Below, one piece after another: positions 1 through 9,626 of a stretch of DNA of 64,000 bases. The DNA lies in NCBI GenBank assembly GCA_963710375.1, contig CAVPZX010000003.1:224001-288000 (forward strand), in the 5' to 3' direction. Source of the stretch: Nitrospirota bacterium (GTDB lineage: Bacteria; Nitrospirota; Thermodesulfovibrionia; Thermodesulfovibrionales; Dissulfurispiraceae). Numbering within the stretch: position 1 is the first letter of the stretch; each line of letters begins with the position of its first letter. Made by a program: the position numbers and the translations under genes. The notes under the pieces were generated by a model, which was given only the letters and a program-made list of their open reading frames with translations, searched no databases and was not told the origin of the DNA.

Positions 1-360
1 GGACGGGCGAATAAAGGCGTTTGGGTCAACCGCCAGTCGTTCCATGCGAGTTTTGTCACCCAGAATACTGCCGCCGCTGCGGCTGCTGCTCGGGTCGATG
101 GCAAGGACGGCAACCCGGTGTCCAAGATCTGTGAGCATCGTCCCAAACCTTTCGATAAATGTACTCTTTCCCGCACCGGGAACGCCGGTTATGCCAACGC
201 GAATGCCGCGGCCAGTATAAGGAAGGAGTCTGTCAACTATGGTTTGGGCAAGTTCTTGATGGGTCGGAAGAGTGCTTTCGATAAGGGTGATGGTTCTGGC
301 GAGTGTCAGACGATCACGATTAAGAACTCCTGTCACATAGTGCTGGAGATCATTTAACAT
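1..360 (-). CDS. meaB: Methylmalonyl-CoA mutase-associated GTPase MeaB/ArgK (5' part; runs off the window)
   Basis: Not in the ORF track. Manual translation gives [29 protein letters not shown]...[15 protein letters not shown]...[27 protein letters not shown], with the P-loop and GDKTRM motifs. It lies downstream of the mutase. Confidence 0.95.
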   Translation of the reverse strand, partial: MLNDLQHYVTGVLNRDRLTLARTITLIESTLPTHQELAQTIVDRLLPYTGRGIRVGITGVPGAGKSTFIERFGTMLTDLGHRVAVLAIDPSSSRSGGSILGDKTRMERLAVDPNAFIRPS

Positions 361-514
361 TGAACATGAATCCTGGTTGGTAAACCATTGTCTTCTATTC
401 TAATGGGCTTCTCGCAAAAAAGCCACAGAAAGAAAGGAGCGGGGTAAAAGGGGCGGCAAAATAAAAAATATTTTGGCCAGTTTTAAATCTGGCTGGTCCT
501 CCCGCGAGTGAAAA

Positions 515-561
515 CCCATGGCAGACTTTGCGGCAAGAAAGGCCGCCAAGTCTGCCATGGG
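515..561. terminator. Strong stem-loop between mutase and meaB
   Basis: CCCATGGCAGACTT(T)GCGGC...GCCGC(C)AAGTCTGCCATGGG inverted repeat, followed by TTTT on the minus strand. Confidence 0.6.
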
Positions 562-572
562 AAGTACAGATT

Positions 573-2714
573 TCATTGAAGATATTTTTCTTCTAGTAAG
601 GCAAGAGTTTTATCGGCAGATTCGGGGATCGGAGTACCTGGCCCAAAAATAGCCTTTACTCCGGCTTTATAGAGGAAATCATAATCCCCGGGAGGGATAA
701 CACCCCCGGCAACAACGAGAATTTCGCCACCGCCGATTTTTTTCAGTTCTTTAATCAGGGCAGGAATGAGCGTCTTGTGCCCGGCCGCAAGACTTGAGGC
801 GCCAACGACATGGACGTCGTTTTCAATAGCCATTTTCGCCGCCTCCTCAGGGGTCTGGAACATCGGGCTGATGTCAACATCGAAGCCGAGGTCGGCATAG
901 GAGCAGGCAACAACCTTGAAGCCGCGATCATGACCGTCCTGACCCATCTTGGTAACCAGGAGTCGTGGGCGTCGGCCCTGTTTTTCAAGGAACACATTTG
1001 TTCGTTGTTTTATCGCCGTGATAGCATTGTTGTCACCTGTGTATTCCGACGAGTAGGCGCCGGAGATACAATGGGTCGTGGCAAGGAAGCGGCCAAACAC
1101 CGATTCCATGGCAGCAGAAATTTCACCCACAGTGGCTCTTGCCCGAACCGCAGGTAGTGCTGCCTCCAACAAGTTGCCGCCGTTTTTCGCGGCCTTGGTC
1201 AGATCTGCCAGGGCTCTTTCGACTGCCACCTTGTCGCGGCTGGCCTTGATTTCTTTGATGCGGGCAATCTGTTCATCGCGAACTGTAGCCGGTACTTCCC
1301 GGACTTCGAAATCAATTTTCTCGTTGGCAAGCTTGTATTTGTTGACACCGACTATCACATCAAGGCCTTGATCGATTCGAGCCTGTTTTCTTGTCGCCGA
1401 TTCCTCGATACGCATTTTTGGCATACCGCTTTCGATGGCCTTGGCCATTCCACCTAGTTCTTCGATTTCATCGATTATTTTTTGAGATTCTTTGATGATG
1501 CTGTTGGTCAGTGATTCGAGATAGTATGAACCGCCCAAGGGATCAATGACATGACAGATCTGCGATTCTTCCTGGATGATGATCTGGGTGTTGCGGGCAA
1601 TACGGGCGGAGAAATCAGTTGGCAGACCGATAGCTTCATCAAAGGAATTGGTATGCAGGGACTGGGTGCCGCCAAGGGCAGCGGTCATGGCTTCGAGAGT
1701 GGTACGAATGATGTTGTTGTGAGGGTCCTGCTCGGTGAGACTCCACCCCGACGTCTGGCAGTGGGTACGGAGCATGGAGGATTTGGCATTTTTTGGGTTA
1801 AACTGGCTCATTAACCGATACCAGAGGAATCTGGCTGCTCGCAGCATGGCAATATCCATGAAGAAATTCATGCCGATGCCGAAAAAGAAAGAAAGCCTTG
1901 GGGCAAAGGTGTCAACATCCATACCGCTCTTCAATGCCGCTTTCACATATTCGACACCATCAGCTAAGGTAAAGGCTGTCTGCAGAACGCTATTGGCGCC
2001 TGCTTCCATCATATGGTAGCCGCTGATGCTGATGGTATTGTATTTGGGCATCTCCTTGGAACAATAGGCCATGATATCGGAGATAATACGCATTGATGGG
2101 GTGGGAGGGTAGATGTAGGTGTTTCGGGTAAGATACTCTTTGAGGATGTCGTTCTGTATAGTGCCTTCCAGTTTGTCGTGGGCAACACCCTGTTCTTCGG
2201 CGGCCACAATGTACCCGGCGAGTATCGGAATAACCGCACCATTCATGGTCATCGATACCGACATCTGGTCAAGAGGAATGCCGTTGAAAAGAATTTTCAT
2301 ATCTTCAACGGAATCTATGGCAACACCCGCCTTGCCGATATCGCCGGCAACCCGTGGATGGTCGGAATCATAACCCCTGTGGGTAGCCAAATCGAAGGCG
2401 ACCGACAGACCTTTTTGCCCGGCGGCCAGAGCCTTATGGTAAAAGGCATTCGATTCTTTGGCGGTTGAGAAACCGGCATACTGACGAATGGTCCACGGTC
2501 GCCCGGTATACATGGTGGCCATGGGGCCTCGGACATACGGAGCCATCCCGGGGAGGGTGTTAGCTGATTCCATGCCATCCAGATCTTCGGCGGTATAAAG
2601 AGGTTTGACTTTAATACCTTCCGGGGTCATCCAGGAAAGTGTCTCTACGGATTTGCCCTTCATCTGCTTTTCAGCAATTTCTGTCCATTTTGGTAGTTGT
2701 GGATGTTGTGCCAT
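573..2714 (-). CDS. scpA: Methylmalonyl-CoA mutase, B12-dependent, full length
   Basis: [21 protein letters not shown] and ISISGYH motifs; C-terminal B12-binding DGHDRG. Tyr in RQYAG and Arg in YLTRNTY fit methylmalonyl-CoA rather than isobutyryl-CoA specificity. Confidence 0.96.
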   Translation of the reverse strand: MAQHPQLPKWTEIAEKQMKGKSVETLSWMTPEGIKVKPLYTAEDLDGMESANTLPGMAPYVRGPMATMYTGRPWTIRQYAGFSTAKESNAFYHKALAAGQKGLSVAFDLATHRGYDSDHPRVAGDIGKAGVAIDSVEDMKILFNGIPLDQMSVSMTMNGAVIPILAGYIVAAEEQGVAHDKLEGTIQNDILKEYLTRNTYIYPPTPSMRIISDIMAYCSKEMPKYNTISISGYHMMEAGANSVLQTAFTLADGVEYVKAALKSGMDVDTFAPRLSFFFGIGMNFFMDIAMLRAARFLWYRLMSQFNPKNAKSSMLRTHCQTSGWSLTEQDPHNNIIRTTLEAMTAALGGTQSLHTNSFDEAIGLPTDFSARIARNTQIIIQEESQICHVIDPLGGSYYLESLTNSIIKESQKIIDEIEELGGMAKAIESGMPKMRIEESATRKQARIDQGLDVIVGVNKYKLANEKIDFEVREVPATVRDEQIARIKEIKASRDKVAVERALADLTKAAKNGGNLLEAALPAVRARATVGEISAAMESVFGRFLATTHCISGAYSSEYTGDNNAITAIKQRTNVFLEKQGRRPRLLVTKMGQDGHDRGFKVVACSYADLGFDVDISPMFQTPEEAAKMAIENDVHVVGASSLAAGHKTLIPALIKELKKIGGGEILVVAGGVIPPGDYDFLYKAGVKAIFGPGTPIPESADKTLALLEEKYLQ

Positions 2715-2774
2715 TTGTTGCTCCTTGTCTAAAGGTATTTCATGCCCGTGAAGCGGATGAGTGCAGAGGGTGTG

Positions 2775-3176
2775 TCAACGCTCACAGAGTTCAACCAGGA
2801 CACCTCCGGTGGCTTTGGGGTGCAGGAAGGCAATCTTGGCGCCACCCGCCCCAATTCGCGGTTGCTGGTCGATGAGTTGAATACCTTTTTCCTTAAGTTC
2901 TTTTAAGGCCTCTTCGATATTTGCTACTCGAAAAGCGATATGCTGAAACCCAGTGCCTTTCTTTTCGATGAATTTTGCCACCGGCCCATCAGGTGAGGTT
3001 GACTCAAGAAGTTCCACTTCACTGTCACCGACTGGAAAAAACGCTGTGGTCACTTTTTGGGTTTCTACCGTTTCAGAGCCTTCTAACCTCAGTCCGAGAA
3101 CGTCGGACCAAAAAATTTTTCCGTCATCAATGCTGTTGACGGCTATTCCCAGATGGTCGATCTTGAGTATTTCCAT
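2775..3176 (-). CDS. mce: Methylmalonyl-CoA epimerase
   Basis: VOC fold: IDHLGIAV, GFQHIAFRV, FLHPKATGGVLVELCE; adjacent to the mutase. Confidence 0.95.
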   Translation of the reverse strand: MEILKIDHLGIAVNSIDDGKIFWSDVLGLRLEGSETVETQKVTTAFFPVGDSEVELLESTSPDGPVAKFIEKKGTGFQHIAFRVANIEEALKELKEKGIQLIDQQPRIGAGGAKIAFLHPKATGGVLVELCER

Positions 3177-3187
3177 TGTATGCCTCC

Positions 3188-3310
3188 ACGGTCTCGTAAA
3201 AAGTCCATATGCTGCGTTGCTCTTCGCCCTTAGTCACTGCGGCGTACCCACAAGTACGTCTCATTCCTGCGGTCTCGTGCTCCTTGCCTATGAACTTTTT
3301 ACGAGACCGT
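3188..3310. mobile_element. MITE/REP-like palindromic element, 123 bp
   Basis: Perfect 17-bp terminal inverted repeat ACGGTCTCGTAAAAAGT/ACTTTTTACGAGACCGT with imperfect extension; internal CGTAC-N6-GTACG hairpin; non-coding. Confidence 0.7.
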
Positions 3311-3324
3311 TATATTTCCTAATA

Positions 3325-4194
3325 TCAAAAAACGCCAGCACAGAAATCGCCGAACCTGCCGAGATTATCACATACATGAATTCCCGCTTCCTTCATGACC
3401 GCAATCTTTGACTGGGCAGTACCGCTCTTGCCGCTCACTATCGCCCCCGCGTGTCCCATGCGTCTGCCCGGGGGAGCGCTTAATCCCGCAACAAACCCGA
3501 CTACGGGCTTACTGACTTTTTCGGTGATATAGGCAGCAGCCTCTTCCTCTGCAGTGCCGCCGATTTCACCCACAAGTACGATCCCCTTTGTCTCCGGATC
3601 TTCTTCAAAGGCCTTGAGGCAATCGATAAAGTTTGTTCCGTTTACCGGGTCCCCTCCGATGCCGAGGCAGGTTGTCTGGCCGATTCCTTTCGTAGTCAAT
3701 TGATGCACAACCTCATAGGTCAAGGTGCCTGAGCGCGACACAACACCGATGGGCCCGCCGGGCTTGTGGATGAAGCCGGGCATGATACCGATCTTGCACT
3801 GACCTGGCGTTATGATCCCGGGACAGTTCGGCCCTATAAGTCTGACTTGTTTCCCATTCAGATAATTCTTGATCCGCATCATGTCGAGCACCGGAATGCC
3901 TTCGGTGATGGCGACAATAATATCGACATCACCGTCGATCGCCTCCATGATGGCCTTTGCCGCAAAGGCCGGAGGCACAAAAATCATGCTGCAGTTCGCA
4001 CCGGTTTCACGCACAGCCTCCTTGACAGAATTAAATACCGGCACATCGTCCATGTTCTGTCCGCCTTTCCCGGGGGTCACGCCGGCCACGACCCGCGTAC
4101 CGTATTCAATACACTGCCGTGTATGGAACTGGCCTTCTCTGCCGGTAATCCCCTGGACAAGCAGTCTTGTTTCCTTATCGACAAATATTGCCAT
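3325..4194 (-). CDS. sucD: Succinyl-CoA ligase alpha subunit
   Basis: [32 protein letters not shown] and the phosphohistidine motif RMGHAGA. Confidence 0.96.
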   Translation of the reverse strand: MAIFVDKETRLLVQGITGREGQFHTRQCIEYGTRVVAGVTPGKGGQNMDDVPVFNSVKEAVRETGANCSMIFVPPAFAAKAIMEAIDGDVDIIVAITEGIPVLDMMRIKNYLNGKQVRLIGPNCPGIITPGQCKIGIMPGFIHKPGGPIGVVSRSGTLTYEVVHQLTTKGIGQTTCLGIGGDPVNGTNFIDCLKAFEEDPETKGIVLVGEIGGTAEEEAAAYITEKVSKPVVGFVAGLSAPPGRRMGHAGAIVSGKSGTAQSKIAVMKEAGIHVCDNLGRFGDFCAGVF

Positions 4195-4227
4195 GATTTT
4201 CTATCCCTCTTTCCAAAAAAATATCAT

Positions 4228-5391
4228 TCAATTCCTGGCGATCTCTGCAATTTTTCCGGCTGCATCGTTCAGGTCCTCTGCTGTAATAAGATTCAGACCT
4301 GAGACCGCAAGAATTTCCCTGCCCTTTTCCACATTGGTACCCTGCAGCCGGATCACAACCGGTACCTTTATTCCCGTTTTCCTGGCTGCCTGGACAACCC
4401 CTTCGGCCAGGACATCACACCGGAGAATCCCGCCGAAAATATTGATCAGAACCGCCTTGACATTGCTATCGCTTAAAATGATGCGGAAACCGTTTTCAAC
4501 CATTTCCGCATTGGCCCCACCGCCCACGTCAAGGAAATTCGCAGGCGCCGCGCCGGCGCTCTTGATGAGATCCATGGTTGCCATGGCGAGTCCCGCGCCA
4601 TTAACCATATTGCCGACATTGCCATTTAGGTTGATGTAATTAAGGTTGTATTTCGAGGCCTCCACTTCCAGGGGGTCCTCTTCGTCAATGTCCCTGAACT
4701 TCAGAATATCCTTTTGCCGGAACAGGGCGTTATCATCGATCTCCACTTTTGCATCCAAAGCAACAAATGTCTCCTGAGCAGTAATCACCAGCGGATTGAT
4801 CTCGAGCAGTGAACAGTCAGCTTCGATAAAAAGTCTGTACAGGTTTTCAACCAGCGTGGAAAACTTTTCGGCAAGCGAATCGGGCAGGTTGAGACCGGCT
4901 CCGATTTCTCTACAATGACCAGGCTCGATTCCAGTGAGAGGATTAATCAACACCTTAATTATCTTTTCAGGGGACTTCGCGGCAACCTCTTCGATATCCA
5001 TTCCACCTGCCCGGCTTGCAATGATCATGATCTTTGCCGTGGACCGGTCCGGGATAATCGAAAAATAAAGCTCCTGAGCAATATCAAGCCCTTGCTCCAC
5101 CAGGACTTTTCGGACCTTCCTTCCCTGCGGTCCTGTCTGGGGAGTCACCAGTGGCCTGCCCAATATGGCAGCTGCCGCGCTTTGCACATCCCCAAGATTC
5201 CGGGCAAGTTTAACGCCGCCTCCCTTGCCTCGGCCACCCGCATGAATTTGTGCCTTGACTACAACGGGAAAACCGCCAAGCCTTCCAGCCATAGCACAGG
5301 CATCATCAGGGCTTGCTGCAACATACCCCTCAGGCACAGGAATATAATGATTCCGAAATAATTCCTTGGCTTGATATTCATGTATCTTCAT
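4228..5391 (-). CDS. sucC: Succinyl-CoA ligase beta subunit
   Basis: MKIHEYQAK, KAQIHAGGRGKGGGV, NGAGLAMATMD, ANFLDVGGGA, NIFGGILRCD. Confidence 0.96.
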   Translation of the reverse strand: MKIHEYQAKELFRNHYIPVPEGYVAASPDDACAMAGRLGGFPVVVKAQIHAGGRGKGGGVKLARNLGDVQSAAAAILGRPLVTPQTGPQGRKVRKVLVEQGLDIAQELYFSIIPDRSTAKIMIIASRAGGMDIEEVAAKSPEKIIKVLINPLTGIEPGHCREIGAGLNLPDSLAEKFSTLVENLYRLFIEADCSLLEINPLVITAQETFVALDAKVEIDDNALFRQKDILKFRDIDEEDPLEVEASKYNLNYINLNGNVGNMVNGAGLAMATMDLIKSAGAAPANFLDVGGGANAEMVENGFRIILSDSNVKAVLINIFGGILRCDVLAEGVVQAARKTGIKVPVVIRLQGTNVEKGREILAVSGLNLITAEDLNDAAGKIAEIARN

Positions 5392-5443
5392 TAACCCGCC
5401 TTCTTATCCAAAAATTCCGTTGACCTGGATACGAGTGGATTTA

Positions 5444-5459
5444 TACAAGTCTCATGCCA
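5444..5459 (-). promoter_or_regulatory. Putative sigma54 (-24/-12) promoter of the sucC operon
   Basis: TGGCAT-GAGAC-TTGTA on the minus strand, about 50 nt upstream of sucC (T instead of C at -12); a divergent sigma54 activator gene is adjacent. Confidence 0.65.
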
Positions 5460-5559
5460 GTTTTGCCGTGAGTTAGTGTTTCCTTAATTTTTCAAAGCTG
5501 GAGCATGAGCGCAAACGGGTTTAGCCATACCAGCCCATAGCGATATTCATGTCGTAAAA

Positions 5560-5606
5560 TGCATTAAATTGCAGTATACGCAAATATATGCACGCATTAA
5601 ATTGCA
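5560..5606. promoter_or_regulatory. Three YGCA-N6-TGCA palindromes, candidate enhancer for the sigma54 activator
   Basis: TGCATTAAATTGCA (5560-5573), CGCAAATATATGCA (5579-5592), CGCATTAAATTGCA (5593-5606), about 100-150 nt upstream of the sigma54 promoter. Confidence 0.6.
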
Positions 5607-5854
5607 TGATTGGCTTTTACTTGTTTGCATATTAACAAAAGATTTATAATTCAGTATAGCACACAATATCATCGCTTATAAAATATAAGGTACATTTTTT
5701 GCACACCTTTATAGAGCCAGACTGTTTGAAAGGGGATAGCGAGCATGAAATCAATGGCAAGAATTCATTAATAACAATCTGCCAATTATAGTTGATGCTG
5801 AGCTTTTTGCCCGATTTAGGGTAATATATATTTATACAAGGACAAACGCCTGCT

Positions 5855-7603
5855 ATGAATACTATCACCAAAGAAGAGATTGAGATCATCCTAGACTCAA
5901 CCCATGACGGAATGATAGCCGTAAACGAGGCTGGTATTGTGACAGTCTTCAATAAGGCTGCGGGGCGGATTACCGGTCTGGACGGGAATCAGATAACCGG
6001 ACGCCCAGCTGTAGAGGTGATTCCGAATACTCGTCTGCATATTATTTTATCTGAAGGAGAGCCTGAGCTAAATCAGCAGCAAATTCTGGGGAAAACAGTA
6101 ATCAGTACAAACAGGGTGCCTGTCAGGAATAAGGATGGGCGGATAATAGGGGCTGTTGCGGTTTTCCGCGACATTACAGAGATTACGACGCTTTCCGAGC
6201 AGGTTTCAGACCTCTGGAAAGTGCGCAGCCTGCTCGAAGCAATCATCGAGGCTACCGAGGATGCCATCTCCGTGGCTGACGACAAAGGCAATACTATCAT
6301 CGTAAATTCCGCCTATACCAGAATCACCGGCTTGTCTAAAGAAGCGGTGCTGCATAAGTCTGTGACGGTCGATATTGCAGATGGTGAAAGCATGCACATG
6401 AAGGTGCTCCAGTCCGGCAAGGCTGTTCATAATGTCCGCATGAAGGTGGGGCCGGCCGGAAAAGAAGTTATCGTGAATGTCGCCCCGATTTTTATCGACG
6501 GGAAAATCAGCGGCAGCGTCGGTGTGTTCCAGGACATCTCCGGGATAATATCACTTACCGAAGAACTATCTCAGGCCAAAAAGTTGCTACGTCACCTGAA
6601 AGCGCGGTATACATGCCTGGACATTATCGGGAATAGTCCTGCAATGATACGGGCCAAGGAACAAGCCCGTATGGCTGCCGAGACCCCTGCCACTGTTATA
6701 TTGCGAGGCGACAGCGGAACCGGGAAAGAGCTTTTCGCTCACGCTATCCATAATGCGAGTTCAAGAAGGAAGGGACAGTTTGTGAGGGTCAACTGTGCTG
6801 CCTTGACCGAGAATCTTCTGGAAAGCGAATTGTTCGGCTATGAGGAAGGCGCTTTTACCGGAGCGCTGAAGGGAGGGAAAAAAGGCCTGTTTGAAGAGGC
6901 CAACGGAGGAACGATATTTCTTGATGAAATTGGAGATATAAGCCTGTCCCTTCAGAGTAAACTCCTGAGGGTCCTTCAGGAAAAGGAGATAGTGCGCGTG
7001 GGCGGGACAAGTCCGTTTACCGTGGATGTGAGAGTCATCACTGCCACCAATGCGAATCTCGAAAAGAAGGTAGCGTCCGGGACCTTCAGGGAGGATCTCT
7101 ACTACCGTCTTAATGTCTTCCCTATCCAGATACCCGCCCTAAGAGAGCACAAGGAAGATATCAAACCCCTGGCGGAGAATATTATTTACAAACTCAATCA
7201 GGGGTTCGGACGCGAAGTACAGAAGATATCGGAAAGCGCTGTTGAGGATCTTTTGGATTATGACTGGCCCGGGAATGTGAGGGAGCTCGAAAATGTCCTT
7301 GGAAGGGCGATGATCACCATGCGTCCCCAGGACACGATAATGGAACGCGAATACCTGCCCCTCCTGCCCGGCGCCAAGATAAGCAGTGCGCCTCTTCCTT
7401 CAACCGGGGTCCAGCCCCTAGAAAAAGTTCTGAGCGAAGCAGAACGGCATGCAGTTGTGCGGGCGCTTAAGGAAACAAATGGCAACAGGACAAAAGCGGC
7501 AAATCTCCTGGGAATCTCTCCGAGGAGCCTGTTTTATAAGATAGAGAAACACGGCTTGAAATCTAATGGCGCCGAGAATATCCCCGCAATTAAGACAGTG
7601 TAA
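5855..7603 (+). CDS. PAS-PAS sigma54-dependent transcriptional activator (AAA+, Fis HTH)
   Basis: Two PAS repeats; GDSGTGKE, ELFGYEEGAFTGA, FLDEIGD, FREDLYYRLNV, WPGNVRELEN; C-terminal HTH. Confidence 0.95.
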   Translation: MNTITKEEIEIILDSTHDGMIAVNEAGIVTVFNKAAGRITGLDGNQITGRPAVEVIPNTRLHIILSEGEPELNQQQILGKTVISTNRVPVRNKDGRIIGAVAVFRDITEITTLSEQVSDLWKVRSLLEAIIEATEDAISVADDKGNTIIVNSAYTRITGLSKEAVLHKSVTVDIADGESMHMKVLQSGKAVHNVRMKVGPAGKEVIVNVAPIFIDGKISGSVGVFQDISGIISLTEELSQAKKLLRHLKARYTCLDIIGNSPAMIRAKEQARMAAETPATVILRGDSGTGKELFAHAIHNASSRRKGQFVRVNCAALTENLLESELFGYEEGAFTGALKGGKKGLFEEANGGTIFLDEIGDISLSLQSKLLRVLQEKEIVRVGGTSPFTVDVRVITATNANLEKKVASGTFREDLYYRLNVFPIQIPALREHKEDIKPLAENIIYKLNQGFGREVQKISESAVEDLLDYDWPGNVRELENVLGRAMITMRPQDTIMEREYLPLLPGAKISSAPLPSTGVQPLEKVLSEAERHAVVRALKETNGNRTKAANLLGISPRSLFYKIEKHGLKSNGAENIPAIKTV

Positions 7604-7794
7604 TGAAGGATGTGTCTCTTACGCTCAGGCGTTACGTCCTGACAGTTCTAACGTCTTGTTCGCTACAGCCGCAAAACTCGCCCTTCGGGCTCAGACATTG
7701 CAACTGTTAGACGCTCACTTCGCCGAGAACTGTTACCAGGACTCCGCGATTCGCTTCAGAGACACATCCTTCATTACACCGTCTTAATTGCGGG
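7583..7794. mobile_element. MITE, 212 bp, with 37-bp TIRs and 8-bp target duplication
   Basis: TIR CCCGCAATTAAGACRGTGTAATGAAGGATGTGTCTCT (1 mismatch); AGAATATC at both 7575-7582 and 7795-7802. Confidence 0.88.
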
Positions 7795-7893
7795 AGAATA
7801 TCCCTGAAGTTTTGAAAAGAGAGTATTAATCTGTTATAATTTCCATTCAAATACGCAATAGCTTTAAGTTATCACGGCGGTCCTGAAAAATAA

Positions 7894-8385
7894 GTGGTCC
7901 ATACCATATATGGTTCAACAGGCGAATACCTCGTGGGTGTTATTTCGGATACCCACGGACTTGTGCGGCCGGAGGCTGTTACGGCGTTGCAGGGTGTTTC
8001 TCTGATAATTCATGCCGGCGATGTCGGGACTCGGGAGGTGCTGGAGCATTTGCGCATTGTTGCCCCTGTTGTTGCAGTGCGCGGCAATACTGACCAGGAC
8101 TACTGGGCCCGTGAACTGCCGCTGACTGAAGTGGTGGAGATAGGGATGGTCTCTTTTTATGTGCTTCACAATGTCAAAGAGCTTGATCTGGACCCTGTGG
8201 TATCAGGGTTTAGCGCTGTTATCTCGGGTCATTCACACCAGCCTTCGGTTGACAGGCGTAATGGCGTATTATTTCTTAATCCAGGCAGCGCCGGCACCCG
8301 GAGGTTAAAGCTCCACCCCTCCGTTGCAGTGTTGACGGTTAAAGAGAGATCGATAGATGCCAGGATAATCGGTCTGGGAGTTTAA
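7894..8385 (+). CDS. Metallophosphoesterase, YfcE/MJ0936 family
   Basis: ISDTHG, HAGD, VRGNTD, SGHSH, NPGSAG. Confidence 0.88.
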   Translation: MVHTIYGSTGEYLVGVISDTHGLVRPEAVTALQGVSLIIHAGDVGTREVLEHLRIVAPVVAVRGNTDQDYWARELPLTEVVEIGMVSFYVLHNVKELDLDPVVSGFSAVISGHSHQPSVDRRNGVLFLNPGSAGTRRLKLHPSVAVLTVKERSIDARIIGLGV

Positions 8386-8386
8386 C

Positions 8387-9571
8387 ATGAACATCAAAAC
8401 ACCAAAGGGATTTCTTTTTTCGACTGTTGAGGCAGCAATAAAGAAGCCGGGCAGGAAGGACCTTGCGCTTATTTATTCTGAAAAGGAATCGGTCGTTGCA
8501 GGCATGTTCACCACCAATGCTGTCAAGGCTGCGCCTGTGAAGCTAGACATGAAACGTATAAGGTCGGGGAAAGGACAGGCTATTATTGTCAACAGCGGAA
8601 ATGCTAATGCATGTACTGCAGAACAGGGCATGAAGGACGCGATGGAAATGGCGGCGCGTACTGCAGAAGCGTTGGAATTGAAAGCCGGTTCTGTTTATGT
8701 ATGCTCTACAGGCGTTATAGGCATACCCATGCCAATGGAGAGGATAAGGTTGAAGATCTCAGGACTTTCAGAATCCCTGGGCCGGTCAACCATTGAGGAT
8801 GTTGCCGCAGCTATTATGACGACCGATACTTTCCCTAAGATAGTCAGCAGGAAGATAAAGGTAAACGGCTCCTTTTTGACAATTTCGGGCATATGCAAGG
8901 GTGCAGGGATGATATGCCCCGATATGGCCACAATGCTTTGCTTTATTATGACCGACGCGAGCATTGAGCGTTCCGCGCTCGACAGCGCACTGAGAAGCGC
9001 CGTGGAGCGGTCTTTCAATATAATTACGGTCGATGGTGATATGTCGACTAACGATACGGTCTTGCTGATGGCAAACGGCATGGCGGGCAATGACCTGATA
9101 AGGGAACCATCTGCCGCCTTTGAGCGTTTCTTATCGGCGCTTTCACAAATCACAATGGAGTTAAGCGAGCTGATAATAAAAGACGGTGAGGGCGCGTCGA
9201 AGTTTGTAAAAGTTGTGGTAAGAAATGCCAGGAACGATGAGGAAGCCAAAAAAGGGGCCTTTGCAATTGCTAATTCGATGCTGGTCAAGACCGCGCTTTA
9301 CGGCAATGATGCGAACTGGGGAAGAATTATTGCTGCCCTCGGGTATTCGGGAATGACTATCAGAGAGGACAAGACCGATATTATGCTGAACGGCATCAGG
9401 GTGGCGAATAAAGGGAAAAGCACGGGTAAAGATAGCGAGGCTAATGCCCGGCTCAAGGACAAGGAGGTAACAATAGTGGCCGATCTCCATCTTGGAAAAG
9501 GCGCCGCTGCTGTGCTGACCTGTGATCTGACCGAAGATTACGTTAAAATTAATGCTGAATACAGGACATAA
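8387..9571 (+). CDS. argJ: Ornithine acetyltransferase / N-acetylglutamate synthase
   Basis: NSGNANACT, STGVIG, IMTTDT, KGAGMICPDMATML, DGDMSTND, DGEGA. Confidence 0.96.
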   Translation: MNIKTPKGFLFSTVEAAIKKPGRKDLALIYSEKESVVAGMFTTNAVKAAPVKLDMKRIRSGKGQAIIVNSGNANACTAEQGMKDAMEMAARTAEALELKAGSVYVCSTGVIGIPMPMERIRLKISGLSESLGRSTIEDVAAAIMTTDTFPKIVSRKIKVNGSFLTISGICKGAGMICPDMATMLCFIMTDASIERSALDSALRSAVERSFNIITVDGDMSTNDTVLLMANGMAGNDLIREPSAAFERFLSALSQITMELSELIIKDGEGASKFVKVVVRNARNDEEAKKGAFAIANSMLVKTALYGNDANWGRIIAALGYSGMTIREDKTDIMLNGIRVANKGKSTGKDSEANARLKDKEVTIVADLHLGKGAAAVLTCDLTEDYVKINAEYRT

Positions 9572-9626
9572 TAATAGGGAAGGGTCTGCGAATAAACAAC
9601 TTCTGCATATTGACTTTACCGCCGTC

